Positions 26,058-35,314 of a DNA stretch of 64,000 nucleotides are shown piece after piece. Under the pieces are notes generated by a model. That model made no database searches and had not been told where the DNA came from. It was given only the letters and a program-made list of their open reading frames with translations. Every line of letters begins with the position of its first letter. Position 1 is the stretch's first letter. Location of the stretch: contig DNIT01000188.1 in NCBI GenBank assembly GCA_003489345.1, forward strand, positions 79 to 64,078. The letters are read 5' to 3'. Origin of the DNA: Pelotomaculum sp. Its GTDB lineage: Bacteria; Bacillota; Desulfotomaculia; Desulfotomaculales; Pelotomaculaceae. A program made the translations under genes and the position numbers.

Positions 26058-26900
26058 TTATTCCTTAAGTTCTCTCTTGGTTTCTCCCTTGACTCTCTTA
26101 ATCCTTCTTTCTATTTTTTTGATATCTTCTTCAACTGGTAAACGTTCTGGCATTGTCCCGCCAATATCCTTAATGGCTTTTCGCACTTTTGCTCCGACTT
26201 CATAATGCGTATCATTGGCTTTTTGTTTTCCTCTAATATTTTCACGTCTTAGCTTTTCTTCGGTTTGGGTGGCTCTAAAGAGGTTTGCAGCAAGTTCAGT
26301 GCTCCCCATATGGTCGGAAATATTTTGAGTAGGTCTTAGGCCCCTTCTAAATTGTAAATCTTTTTGGGTTAAGCCGCCATAAAGACCCATATAACCATGG
26401 TTTTGAAAAATTGCAAAATCTCTTCCTGTCTCAACCCCTGCCCTCTTGGCCGTACTAAAAAGAACGCTATGGTGTTTTCTTAATTCTTCCCGAAGAATCA
26501 CCCTTTTTTCCTCATCGGAGCTCTGTTCAAATAATTCTTGCTTATGGGTTTGTATAGCAAAGTAGGTTTGCCCAAGTGCCACCATTGGCTTGGTCGGGTC
26601 AGCGTTTTGAATAAGCAGGTAACAAGCGTAACGAGATAACAAATAATCTTTTATTAGCCGTTTTGCGCCGGAACCGATATCAACCATTTCGTTGATGTCA
26701 ACGAAATGGTCTGCGACGTTCTGACCGCTATTTACACATGCTTTTTTCGCTCTTGCTATTGCAAGTTCTAGGTTTCTAAAATCAGTATATTCTAATATTT
26801 TCTGCATATCTCTTGCAGTCCAAAACTCCATTCCATTTTTATTGACACGTTTTGCTTGTTCAAAAAGTGAAACATGACTAGGTGCTACAGGCTTATCCAT
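26058..26900 (-). CDS. dinD: DNA damage-inducible protein D (DinD/BRO-like)
   Basis: EFW.AR, LSRYACYL..QNADP.K, FQNHGY.GLYGG, DHMGSTELAANLFRATQTEEKL and GGTMPE.LP motifs. Confidence 0.85.
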   Translation of the reverse strand: MDKPVAPSHVSLFEQAKRVNKNGMEFWTARDMQKILEYTDFRNLELAIARAKKACVNSGQNVADHFVDINEMVDIGSGAKRLIKDYLLSRYACYLLIQNADPTKPMVALGQTYFAIQTHKQELFEQSSDEEKRVILREELRKHHSVLFSTAKRAGVETGRDFAIFQNHGYMGLYGGLTQKDLQFRRGLRPTQNISDHMGSTELAANLFRATQTEEKLRRENIRGKQKANDTHYEVGAKVRKAIKDIGGTMPERLPVEEDIKKIERRIKRVKGETKRELKE

Positions 26901-27093
26901 CTTTAACCGCTCCTTATATATTTTCTCTTCTTGTATTTTCTGGGTTCTCCAGGGGTGTCAATAATACTTACACCATTTTCTTTATTAATCATTTAACTAT
27001 ATACAAGAACCCTCCAGCCTTGCTCCTGGAGGTTCTCTCTGTTTTACGTCTCGGTCGTTTTACGTCTGGGAGGCATTGAGCAGACGGCAGTTA

Positions 27094-27291
27094 CTATTTG
27101 TGATTGTTGAGACACTTTTGGGAACACTGCTTGTCCTCCATACCCAAACAACATAGATTCTTGTCACATTTCTTTGAGCATGGCCTTTGATGATAGGGAC
27201 AAAGGGTTGAATCAACTAGGTGGATTGCTGGCTCTCTGCTGTCTGTAATTTCCAACAATCCAGAAGGCAAATGCGCAAAAAAACTTTCCAT
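27094..27291 (-). CDS. LexA-regulated 65-aa Cys-rich protein (candidate antirepressor)
   Basis: SD AAAAGGAGG upstream of ATG 27291; seven Cys; located directly downstream of the repressor gene. Confidence 0.65.
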   Translation of the reverse strand: MESFFAHLPSGLLEITDSREPAIHLVDSTLCPYHQRPCSKKCDKNLCCLGMEDKQCSQKCLNNHK

Positions 27292-27326
27292 CCTACCGCA
27301 CTCCTCCTTTTGATCCTTGTAAGAAC

Positions 27327-27355
27327 ATTTTACCATAGAACATATGTTCTAACAA
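27327..27355 (-). promoter_or_regulatory. Sigma-A promoter with a perfect LexA box in the spacer
   Basis: TTGTTA-17-TAAAAT with TG extension; GAACATATGTTC at 27338-27349. Confidence 0.85.
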
Positions 27356-27418
27356 GAGACTTGCGTCCCTATACGCTTATACGAACACAAGCATTACAAG
27401 GAGAGGGTTGTGTTTTAC

Positions 27419-27778
27419 TCATTTTCTCGGTTTATTATACCTTTTTCGAGCTTCTTCGACGGCGCGGATACCTGCTTCCAATAATTCCCGTTGAGCCTCG
27501 GGCGACAATCCTCTTCGAGCGTATTCTTCTGTGAGCGTGGCTGAAATATCTTTGTATTTTAGATCATCGGGAATAGGGAGTTTATTGCCGTGAATAATCC
27601 AATCAGTGGATACTTTGAAATAAGCAGCTATCTTTGTGGTTATTCCATAATCAGGCTCACGGCGACTTTTTTCATAATGAGATAAAGCCGCCCTCGTTAT
27701 ACCTATAGCATCGGCTAATTGTTCCTGCGTTAAACCAGCCTCTCCTCGAAGGAGGGCAATTCTTTCACCATACTCCAT
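27419..27778 (-). CDS. CI-like XRE repressor without a peptidase domain
   Basis: LTQEQLA..IGITR.ALS.YE...REP HTH_3 motif; 119 aa; divergent from the cro-like gene. Confidence 0.9.
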   Translation of the reverse strand: MEYGERIALLRGEAGLTQEQLADAIGITRAALSHYEKSRREPDYGITTKIAAYFKVSTDWIIHGNKLPIPDDLKYKDISATLTEEYARRGLSPEAQRELLEAGIRAVEEARKRYNKPRK

Positions 27779-27819
27779 TTATTTTATACCCCTTCCCTAT
27801 ATCATTCTAACCTATATTA

Positions 27820-27930
27820 TCTACAAATTGTATCGCCGATAAAATACATGATACAAAAAGTTTCAAAAAGGTCTTGACACGATACGAAACGTAGCTTATT
27901 ATAATAGTAGCAACGATACAATATGTCGCA
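27820..27930. promoter_or_regulatory. Lysis-lysogeny switch: rightward promoter and repeated operators
   Basis: TTGACA-17-TATTAT at 27874-27902; four GATAC-N5-GT elements (CGATACgaaacGTAGC, CGATACaatatGTCGC, TGATACaaaaaGTTTC and an inverted CGATACaatttGTAGA). Confidence 0.75.
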
Positions 27931-27949
27931 ATTGTGAGGTGATGAAAAA

Positions 27950-28171
27950 TTGAGATGGCATATGCGCAAGCGCAGGGTAGAGTTGGGTTTATCCCAGGAG
28001 GAAGTGGCTAATATGGCTGATATGGCTAGGGCTGTTTACTCCCATATTGAGGTTGGAAGAAATAAAAATCCAAGCATTGCACAGATGGAATCAATTGCTA
28101 AAGCACTAAAAGTCAAACCGGATATAAATTTTTTTCGAGATTTTTGCGACGAAATGGAGCAAACATCATGA
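27950..28171 (+). CDS. Cro-like HTH regulator
   Basis: GLSQEEVA...YS.IE.G..NPS...IAKAL motif. Confidence 0.88.
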   Translation: MRWHMRKRRVELGLSQEEVANMADMARAVYSHIEVGRNKNPSIAQMESIAKALKVKPDINFFRDFCDEMEQTS

Positions 28172-28413
28172 AGCAAAACGGAAAACAAAGCAACAAGAAA
28201 ACCGGCAAGCGTGTTAAGCAAGCAGTTAAGGAATCCGGCATGAGCCAGCCGGAGGTAGCAGGCAAAGCCGGGATGTCGGCAAGGCACCTTCACAAGATCA
28301 AAACCGGCCTCGTTGACCCAAGCATTAAAGCACTAGCCAGAATTGGTCACGTCGTTGGTAAGAGGCTGACCGACCTCAAGAAGCGCAATGGAGACAACAA
28401 GAAAGGCAGGTGA
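28168..28413 (+). CDS. XRE HTH regulator
   Basis: GMSQ.EVA.KAGMS..HL.KI..G..DPSI motif. Confidence 0.8.
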   Translation: MKQNGKQSNKKTGKRVKQAVKESGMSQPEVAGKAGMSARHLHKIKTGLVDPSIKALARIGHVVGKRLTDLKKRNGDNKKGR

Positions 28414-28418
28414 GAACC

Positions 28419-28562
28419 TTGCGTGACGATAAAGCTGTTTCGCTCGGTACAAAGTTCACGCCGAAACAAACCAAGATGCTCAAAGCTCTTCGGATAATGC
28501 TCCGGGTGGCTGATAGGCTCATTGAGAAGGACAGGAAGAAAGAGCAAAAGCAGGCCGTCTAG
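28419..28562 (+). CDS. 47-aa basic protein (candidate recombination directionality factor, copy B)
   Basis: MRDDKAVSLGTKFTPKQTKMLKALRIMLRVADRLIEKDRKKEQKQAV; SD AGGCAGGTGA; paralogue of 24366-24485. Not in the ORF track. Confidence 0.75.
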   Translation: MRDDKAVSLGTKFTPKQTKMLKALRIMLRVADRLIEKDRKKEQKQAV

Positions 28563-28578
28563 AAAGGTAGTGTCCCGC

Positions 28579-28941
28579 ATGAAACTCTACGCATTTCCAA
28601 CCGACAACGACCGCGCCAGAATCCACAGCCTCATACAGCTCAATGCCTGCGGTAGGATATCCCGCATGAGGGCCGATATCGCCATCACGCAGATAATGGA
28701 CAAATACGGTATATCGGCACTGCGAGTAAATGATTACACCATCAAGGTCGGTGAGCCGATCAAGACTATCATGGGCAGCTTCCAGGTGACGCACATAAAA
28801 ACGAGCCGGACAGCCCATGGCGACAGGTGCCCGGATTGCGGTGGAAAGCCGGGGTACCTGGAGGGCGATGCGGAGATAACCGCCGGATGCCAGAACTGCG
28901 GAGCGGTGTTCAAATTCAGCTACAAGGAGGAGGTAAATTGA
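28579..28941 (+). CDS. Hypothetical zinc-ribbon protein
   Basis: CPDCG and CQNCG pairs. Confidence 0.65.
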   Translation: MKLYAFPTDNDRARIHSLIQLNACGRISRMRADIAITQIMDKYGISALRVNDYTIKVGEPIKTIMGSFQVTHIKTSRTAHGDRCPDCGGKPGYLEGDAEITAGCQNCGAVFKFSYKEEVN

Positions 28942-28950
28942 AAGGGGTGG

Positions 28951-29121
28951 CTATTGCAATTTAATGGAACCGTGTTGTTTCTCGTATTCGGCTAAATGCT
29001 TCAAGAGGATGTACTCAATATAGTTTGTTGTTGAACGATGTTGACTTTTTGCAATGGATTCTATCTTATCAAACACCTCATCCTGTAAGCGAAGGGTGAA
29101 AACCCTTTTATTTGTAGCCAA
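28951..29121 (-). CDS. Arc-family ribbon-helix-helix protein (cassette 1)
   Basis: MATNKRVFTLRL...KI..IA....RS..N.IE; SD GGAGGG. Not in the ORF track. Confidence 0.8.
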   Translation of the reverse strand: MATNKRVFTLRLQDEVFDKIESIAKSQHRSTTNYIEYILLKHLAEYEKQHGSIKLQ

Positions 29122-29187
29122 TTAAATCCCTCCAGAAGATGTCTCTGACAATATTATATCCATCACAAAGTATTTTCATACTGCCAC

Positions 29188-29216
29188 TTGACAGCCAAAT
29201 GATGTATTAATATAAT
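29188..29216 (+). promoter_or_regulatory. Consensus sigma-A promoter
   Basis: TTGACA-17-TATAAT. Confidence 0.85.
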
Positions 29217-29239
29217 TAAGTAAAGGTAGGTGATGTCAC

Positions 29240-29389
29240 TTGACAACCAGGAGCAAGCGTCAAACATACAGGATAACCCCGGAGGTTGACAGGTGGCTAT
29301 CCGAAGAATCTAAGCGCCTGGGCATATCGAAAAACGACGTTGTAATGTTGACCCTGGCAAAAGCAATGCAGGAGAAGAAAGCTGGCTAA
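29240..29389 (+). CDS. CopG/RHH protein (cassette 1)
   Basis: TYRITPEVDRWL.EES.RLGISKN.VV...L; SD AGGTGAT. Not in the ORF track. Confidence 0.75.
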   Translation: MTTRSKRQTYRITPEVDRWLSEESKRLGISKNDVVMLTLAKAMQEKKAG

Positions 29390-29415
29390 CCAGCCCCGCA
29401 TGATCCGCAGAGGAG

Positions 29416-29604
29416 GTGAAAACGGTGACATTAGAGGAGTGCAAAGATGTGCCCAGGTCGGAGGAGCAGGCTCCGACCCAGACAATGAGAACCAAAAAAC
29501 GCCTTTGCGTTGTCTGCAAGGAGAAAAAAGCTACCCTGCAATTAAATGAATTAGATTGGATTTGCGAGAACTGCGCCCAGATTATGAGTGAGATGGCACC
29601 TTAA
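29416..29604 (+). CDS. Small zinc-finger protein
   Basis: CVVC and CENC pairs. Confidence 0.55.
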   Translation: MKTVTLEECKDVPRSEEQAPTQTMRTKKRLCVVCKEKKATLQLNELDWICENCAQIMSEMAP

Positions 29605-30221
29605 AGATTATTCCATAGGAAAATAAAATTATCGGCATCTGCTTCTAAGGCTAGTTTCATATCATTGGTAAGTTTTTCTGTAAATGGGTATAAGGTTGCT
29701 TTTTGAATATTAAGAACTGCCGGTTTGATTTTTCGCAGTTGTAAAGTATTTCTTGAAGCACGCATTAAGGCAAGAGCGATTCTGGTATTTCGCTTATCTA
29801 CCTTTTCTGTTTTTCCTTTGAAGTACAGTTTGACTAAATATGGTTCACCATTGATATTCAATCCTAAATCAGCGCTTGAACGAATGTGAAGATCTTTGAA
29901 AACCCAAAACGACTTGCCCGGATCGAACCATTGTACTTGCTTTTTCCTGAAAAACTTTTGATATCTACTGATTGCCTCGGCATAGTTTTTCTGCTTCTTA
30001 GCATCAACTTGTTCGATAAGATAGTTTAATCCGTCTAAGGAAAGTTCATTCTGATGGGCATTGATAATTTCTTCTCTGAGCTGTTTCCAGTAATCAAATG
30101 CTGGTTGGTAATCTTCTTGATTTTTAATTTTGCGAACATGAGTTACCCTTGCAGTGCTTGACTTTACGGTAAAATCGATAAACTGCGTGAGTCCAACCTC
30201 AATAAAATCAATATTTGCCAT
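29601..30221 (-). CDS. AT-rich hypothetical moron protein
   Basis: SD AAGGAGG before ATG 30221; oriented against the surrounding operon. Confidence 0.7.
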   Translation of the reverse strand: MANIDFIEVGLTQFIDFTVKSSTARVTHVRKIKNQEDYQPAFDYWKQLREEIINAHQNELSLDGLNYLIEQVDAKKQKNYAEAISRYQKFFRKKQVQWFDPGKSFWVFKDLHIRSSADLGLNINGEPYLVKLYFKGKTEKVDKRNTRIALALMRASRNTLQLRKIKPAVLNIQKATLYPFTEKLTNDMKLALEADADNFIFLWNNL

Positions 30222-30318
30222 CGACCTTCCTCCTTTTTGCAAATAGTTTTGATGGCTACCATTTCGACAGTAAAGGAGGAAAATCCTGGTGAAGATTGGC
30301 GAAAGGAGGGGTGAAACA

Positions 30319-31363
30319 TTGAGCATATCGGTCTATTCCTACAGCACCAGCATTCACTGCGAGAACATTGTGGAGCATGACATTGAAGTCTACGACTTCG
30401 AGGAAGGCAAAGATTCTCGGTCCATCATTGCTATTGGCTTTGAGAATGAAGAGCACCCCAATAGCAAGGCAAACATATATCTTGACCGCACTTCAGCCAA
30501 GGCCCTGGCAGAAGGGATCATAGCAAAGCTGGATCAGATGAAGTACGAAGGGAAGGAGTGACATCCATGCGCTACATAGGGGCCCAGACCCCAACAGAGA
30601 AACCGAAGCCACACCTTTACCTGGCAGTAGACAACGGCAAAGTCACAAATTATGCTGTCACATCTATTGACCTTGACCGTGACTATGGCTTCCTGCGGGA
30701 GCAGCCGCAGCGCCTTACTTGGCGGCAGTGGCCAGAGATCATTGCCATAGCGGTAGTGGCTGGCTGGATAGCGAGTACCATTGTTTGGAAGATAGCGGTG
30801 TGGTTGACGGGAGGGTGGTAATTGAGTAAGTCAGAGTTTACACCGGGGCCGTGGAAGGCTCGCGATTATACCAATAACGAAGGCGATGTTTGGATTGATT
30901 GCAATGCATTTGCATGCAAGGGTAAAGGTAAAAGCCTAGGTGGAACGCTTGCGACAGTTCATAAAAATGGGACCGGAAAGGGCACCATGGAGGCTAATGC
31001 TCGTCTTATCGCCGCGGCACCGGATATGTACGAGGCATTGAAGCGAATCATGGACGAATTGCCGGCAAAGCGTGATTGGCTTGACCCGGTGTCTGAACAG
31101 ATGGCACTTGCGGCACTCGCCAAGGCCGAGGGGGAATAGGGTTGTGGCTTGACTTTTACAGCATTGACTTTGCGGAAATCGAACAGATCATGAGTTCTAT
31201 ATTCCAGCCGCGACGCAAACCATACGACTCAAGGATCGGTATGCAGCCGATAGTACCTCGCGGCACGGTCCTGGTAGGCCGGCGGCATAGGCCGAACCAG
31301 AGAGACGGGGTACCGTATGGCAGGCAGCGGAAAAGGGGATCGGAAATCAAGGAGGCTGGATAG
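30319..31363 (+). CDS. Four tandem hypothetical early genes (30319-30561, 30558-30821, 30822-31139, 31142-31363)
   Basis: Coupled starts and stops; the third has the common phage TPGPW...ANARLIAAAPDM motif. Confidence 0.6.
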
Positions 31364-31517
31364 GACCATGCTCCTTCTCGTACTCCTGGACGTGCTTTTC
31401 GATTAGGAACTCAATCTCTTTATTGGTAGACCGTTTATTTGCTTCAGCAATTTTGCGGAGTTTGTTCAATAATGGTTCTGGTACTCGCAGAGAAAACGGA
31501 GGCAGTTGTGAAGGCAC
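31347..31517 (-). CDS. Arc-family RHH protein (cassette 2)
   Basis: MPSQLPPFSLRVPE.L..KL..IA..N.RS.NKEIE. Not in the ORF track. Confidence 0.82.
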   Translation of the reverse strand: MPSQLPPFSLRVPEPLLNKLRKIAEANKRSTNKEIEFLIEKHVQEYEKEHGPIQPP

Positions 31518-31616
31518 AGTATCATCCCCCAGAAATTATTATGATGGCACTATTATACCCATTTAAAAGCTGTAGGTATACCATCAAGGGGAATTAAAAA
31601 TGAATGCAAATAGATG

Positions 31617-31645
31617 TTGACATCTAATAGAAGTCACCTTATAAT
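31617..31645 (+). promoter_or_regulatory. Consensus sigma-A promoter
   Basis: TTGACA-17-TATAAT. Confidence 0.85.
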
Positions 31646-31666
31646 AAGGATGGGGGTGAGTTAAAA

Positions 31667-31819
31667 GTGAATGCACCGAAAGACGATAAACAAATGCTCT
31701 CGATTAGAATCCCCAAGGGATTAAATAAGCGGCTTGAAGAGCTTACAAAAAGGATGGGGGTGAGCAAGTCTCAATATATTTTGACGCTGATTGATGCGGC
31801 CATAAAGAAGGCTGGATAA
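31667..31819 (+). CDS. CopG/RHH protein (cassette 2)
   Basis: LSIRIP..L..RLE......GVSKSQYI..LI. Not in the ORF track. Confidence 0.78.
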   Translation: MNAPKDDKQMLSIRIPKGLNKRLEELTKRMGVSKSQYILTLIDAAIKKAG

Positions 31820-31926
31820 GGAGGGGAGATTCCCCGGCACCGTGGCCTCGATACCGGGGCTATGGGGATGTTGGGGATGGGGTTTGTTTCTGAGGATAAC
31901 TTTACCATGAAGGGAGGTGAAAATAA

Positions 31927-32376
31927 ATGGCAAAACGCGCAACGATAAACGCCGATAACTTGTATCTGGTATCGCGCACAAAGGCCGGATATACCAGAGG
32001 AGAGGCGGCAGAACTGCTTTTCGTGGATGAATCCACTCTGGAGCGGTACGAAGCAAGCAAGACGATACCAACTCATGACCGAGTATTGGAAATGGAAGAG
32101 TTGTACGATGACAAGGCGCTGGCATATAGGCATTGCACGGAAATGTGTCCATTGGGGAAACTGCATGACCGCATTGAGGAAAGCGATTTTCCGACAGCCG
32201 TGTTAGGCTTGATCAGCAAATATAACGACCTGGGGACGCAGCTTGATGCGCTGATCAGAATTGCGGCTGATGGCAAGATAACGCCAGATGAGGCAGAGGC
32301 ATACAGCAAGATAGAAAAAATGATGCTCCTGCTTAGAAAAAAAATAACCACGCTAAGTTTGTGCGCGGCTGTGTAA
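31927..32376 (+). CDS. XRE HTH / phage CII-like regulatory protein
   Basis: R..AG.TR..AAE.L.V..STL.RYE, C...CP.G and IAADG.I...E motifs. Confidence 0.75.
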   Translation: MAKRATINADNLYLVSRTKAGYTRGEAAELLFVDESTLERYEASKTIPTHDRVLEMEELYDDKALAYRHCTEMCPLGKLHDRIEESDFPTAVLGLISKYNDLGTQLDALIRIAADGKITPDEAEAYSKIEKMMLLLRKKITTLSLCAAV

Positions 32377-32418
32377 ATTGCTAAGAAAAGTATACCACAG
32401 ACACCGGAGGGTTGCAAC

Positions 32419-32948
32419 ATGTCAAGAAAACGTGCGGATTTGAAGCTTGTATCCCTTGCTATCGAGGAAGCCGGAAGTATAGACACCGGGACGGTGAGTT
32501 TGCAGCTGGAAAAGATACTTGACCGGGAAATGGTCAAGTGGCCGTCATATCAGAAGATGTCGCGGGCAACAAGGTATTCGGCATTATGTGGCAGGCTGGA
32601 GAGGTTGGGTATTTGCACCTCCAGCGACATCCAACGGTTGATTGAGGAGGCTAAAGGAGCATGAGTAAAGCACTGCAACTAACCGATTCACTAAAGGCAG
32701 CTGAAGCCGCAGTGAAAAACCTCGTTCATCCGGCATCCATTCAATGGGAAAACGGCAAGTGGCAGGTAATATTAAGCTTCTACAGAGACTTGGAGCAGAT
32801 CCCAGGGAGACCGGAGTTCATAGAGATAAGCAACGGGTTTCATGCGGCGAAGGCCATAAAGGAACTGCAGGGAGTGACATTCTTCTGCTACCTGGTGGAA
32901 TCGGAGTACCGGGAGTTGAAGGAGAAGAAGAAGAAGAAGATTGCGTAA
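32419..32948 (+). CDS. Two hypothetical proteins (32419-32664, 32661-32948)
   Basis: SD GGAGGG before the first; ATGA overlap to the second. Confidence 0.6.
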
Positions 32949-33047
32949 CCATTGGAGGCGGCGTGGGGGTATATCTGCATATGAGAGCAGTTTACAGCGA
33001 CCGGCCCGCCTCCTGCAAATTTAAATGAAACAGAGGAGATAGATTCG

Positions 33048-33176
33048 ATGGCAACATGTTCAAAATGCGGATGCACAAAGCCGTGCGCTTGCGATAATTA
33101 CACGCCGAACGATCAGGATACCTGCATCAAATGTGGTTGCACAAAGCCTTGTAGCTGCGACAACTATTCAAAATAA
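33048..33176 (+). CDS. Metallothionein-like 42-aa peptide
   Basis: SD GAGGAG; MATCSKCGCTKPCACDNYTPNDQDTCIKCGCTKPCSCDNYSK with 10 Cys. Not in the ORF track. Confidence 0.7.
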   Translation: MATCSKCGCTKPCACDNYTPNDQDTCIKCGCTKPCSCDNYSK

Positions 33177-33196
33177 AAAGATACGGAGGGTTAACC

Positions 33197-33483
33197 ATGT
33201 TAGAACTGCTCAAAAAGATGGCCGCTGAGGCTGAAGGCACAGACGGGGGGGCTTAACCGACCTCCTGCAAAAGCTTGAAGCACAAGAAAATAAGCCAGGC
33301 GAGATCAGGATTACGGTTGAGGGATGGAAGGAGAGCGGGCAGGAAGATCCGTTGCTCCATGAGGAGATCAAGGAGTTCACCTTGATCGCTAGAGACAAGG
33401 AAAAGACCATTGTCATGGTCTTCGCATCTAAGGCATTTCAGCAGAACGCCATCATGGCACTATTGGCAAGCTTGAAAAAATAA
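33197..33483 (+). pseudogene. ORF interrupted at a G7 tract
   Basis: SD GGAGGG plus ATG 33197 stops at 33256; one extra G in 33245-33251 gives a continuous ~95-aa ORF ending at 33483. Confidence 0.6.
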
Positions 33484-33671
33484 GAACCCACAGCAGGGCG
33501 ACCGAGGCGTCCGGCCCGCCGATGAGGGAGCCAACTATGAGATATGGGGTATGTGCAAGTGATAAGCACTAGGGCCAACAACGTGAGCTTTGTGGGGCGC
33601 GCCCAAAGTGAAACGAAGAGGGACACCGGGGTGGCCGGACCCGGATTGTTCCGTAGAAAGGAGATAGATCA

Positions 33672-34281
33672 ATGGATTTAACCGAAAAATCCAAAAAATA
33701 CATTGACAGCCTATCATACGAGAGTTTACTGGCCAGGTGGAGGTTTGCGCCTGTTGGCGATCCTTGGTTCCAAGGCGAAACAGGGGATTACTGGAGGAAG
33801 CGCATGTCAGAAATAAAGCCTCAGAACCATGCTGGAATATCAAAAAGGGTCGGATGGTAATGCGCGGCAAGTGTCATCTCAAGTGGCCGCCTGACTTGCG
33901 GCCGGGGGATGTAATAGAGCACCGCGACCTTCCCGGTAAGTCCCTGGTGGTCGAGTCAGGCCCGGAAGAGGGCCTTTCGGGAGAGCGGTATCGCGTGAAG
34001 ATGCCAGACGGCAAAGTGGTGCCGGTGCTGAAAAGGAATTTGATTGTTTGATTTGGGGGTTAACCATGAGCGAAGTCAAAACAGTGGAATTTGAAGGTCC
34101 TTGCCCATTTTTAACTTGTTTAAAGACTGAAAAACATACACACCCGATATGTCCTGTCTGCGGCGCTGTCCGATACGGTAACCTCTTTTGTGAAGAATGT
34201 CGGAACCAAATGGAACCGGGAGGACTAAGCAGGGACGAATGGGATGAGTATGTTCTGGATTTAAAAAAACGGAGGGGATAG
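33672..34281 (+). CDS. Three small hypothetical genes (33672-33860, about 33860-34051, about 34066-34281)
   Basis: Coupled ORFs with SD sequences; the last is Cys-rich. Confidence 0.55.
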
Positions 34282-34283
34282 GG

Positions 34284-35312
34284 ATGGAAAACAACTTGGT
34301 TGTTGCTGAGATAAACAATTACCCTGAAGCGAAGTATAATAGACTTTTTCCTTGCACGCTAACAGAGTTAAGTCCGCTGCACAAGGTTATGGTCAATCAG
34401 GTCAAGATCGACCCGACTCCAAACCGTGGCGATGTTTATTCACAGAATAGCGGCTTGGCGCTTACTAAAATAGCCTGCTTAAAGCTGATGACGGCCGCCA
34501 ATGTGGTCATGGAAGAATCAAAACAGATATTCCCGCGCGCCTGCCAGAGGTGCATGCAGGTAGCGCAGGCAACAAAACAAGCCCCTCAATGCGGCACTTG
34601 CCCCAGTAAAGACGATGTGGCTTACCAGGTCAGTATCCTTGTGCCGGAGCCATCAGGTGGGCATAGGCGGTATGTGGCAACAAAAGAAGTATCCAAGGAA
34701 CGGTTTGTCCATAATAACGGTGGTAAGGATGGCAAACCAGAGAAGGTCCCTGTCGAGCATATGCCTGCACAATGTGAAACAAAAGCCTTGCTTCGCGCGC
34801 TGCGAGCAGGCTTGGGTATCAAGGGTGTTTACTCTGCCACTGAACTTCAAAAGCCGTTTGCTGTCGCCGTGGTTGTTCTGAATGCACACGATCCAGAACT
34901 GAAGAAAGCGCTCATTGAAAGCTATGTGAACAGCAGAAACGCTTTGTTTTCTGCAAAGACCGCTCCGCAACTTTCAGCGCCGGATTTACATGCGCTACCT
35001 CCGGCTGACGATGATGAACTCCCTAATGATGGTAATACCGTTGTACTGACAGACGATGACGACGATGACATTCCTCCCGAGTTGGGCACCGATGAGACCC
35101 CGCCCTGGGAGCAGGAACAAGAAGAGCAAGGAGTCGAATCAAACCTGTTCGATCATGCTATTGTCTGCCAGGCTTGCGCCCAGGTCATTGAAAAGTCCGG
35201 TAGCTGGGAGCCTGAGACAATCAAGGAGTATTCGCAGAAAAACTTTGGCGGCGCGATTTACTGCCCGGCGTGCCAGCGTAAGATCAAGGCATCCCAGAAG
35301 AAGGGGGCGTAA
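34284..35312 (+). CDS. Putative recombination/ssDNA-annealing-type protein with an acidic linker and C-terminal zinc finger
   Basis: CETKA..RA.R..LG helix motif, poly-Asp linker, C..C...C..C; directly upstream of the SbcCD-like gene. Function inferred. Confidence 0.45.
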   Translation: MENNLVVAEINNYPEAKYNRLFPCTLTELSPLHKVMVNQVKIDPTPNRGDVYSQNSGLALTKIACLKLMTAANVVMEESKQIFPRACQRCMQVAQATKQAPQCGTCPSKDDVAYQVSILVPEPSGGHRRYVATKEVSKERFVHNNGGKDGKPEKVPVEHMPAQCETKALLRALRAGLGIKGVYSATELQKPFAVAVVVLNAHDPELKKALIESYVNSRNALFSAKTAPQLSAPDLHALPPADDDELPNDGNTVVLTDDDDDDIPPELGTDETPPWEQEQEEQGVESNLFDHAIVCQACAQVIEKSGSWEPETIKEYSQKNFGGAIYCPACQRKIKASQKKGA

Positions 35313-35314
35313 CT

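Noticed and set aside
33575-33620. Hammerhead-like GTGAG-stem-TGAAAC
   Set aside because: The CUGAnGA core is missing and stems I and III could not be built.
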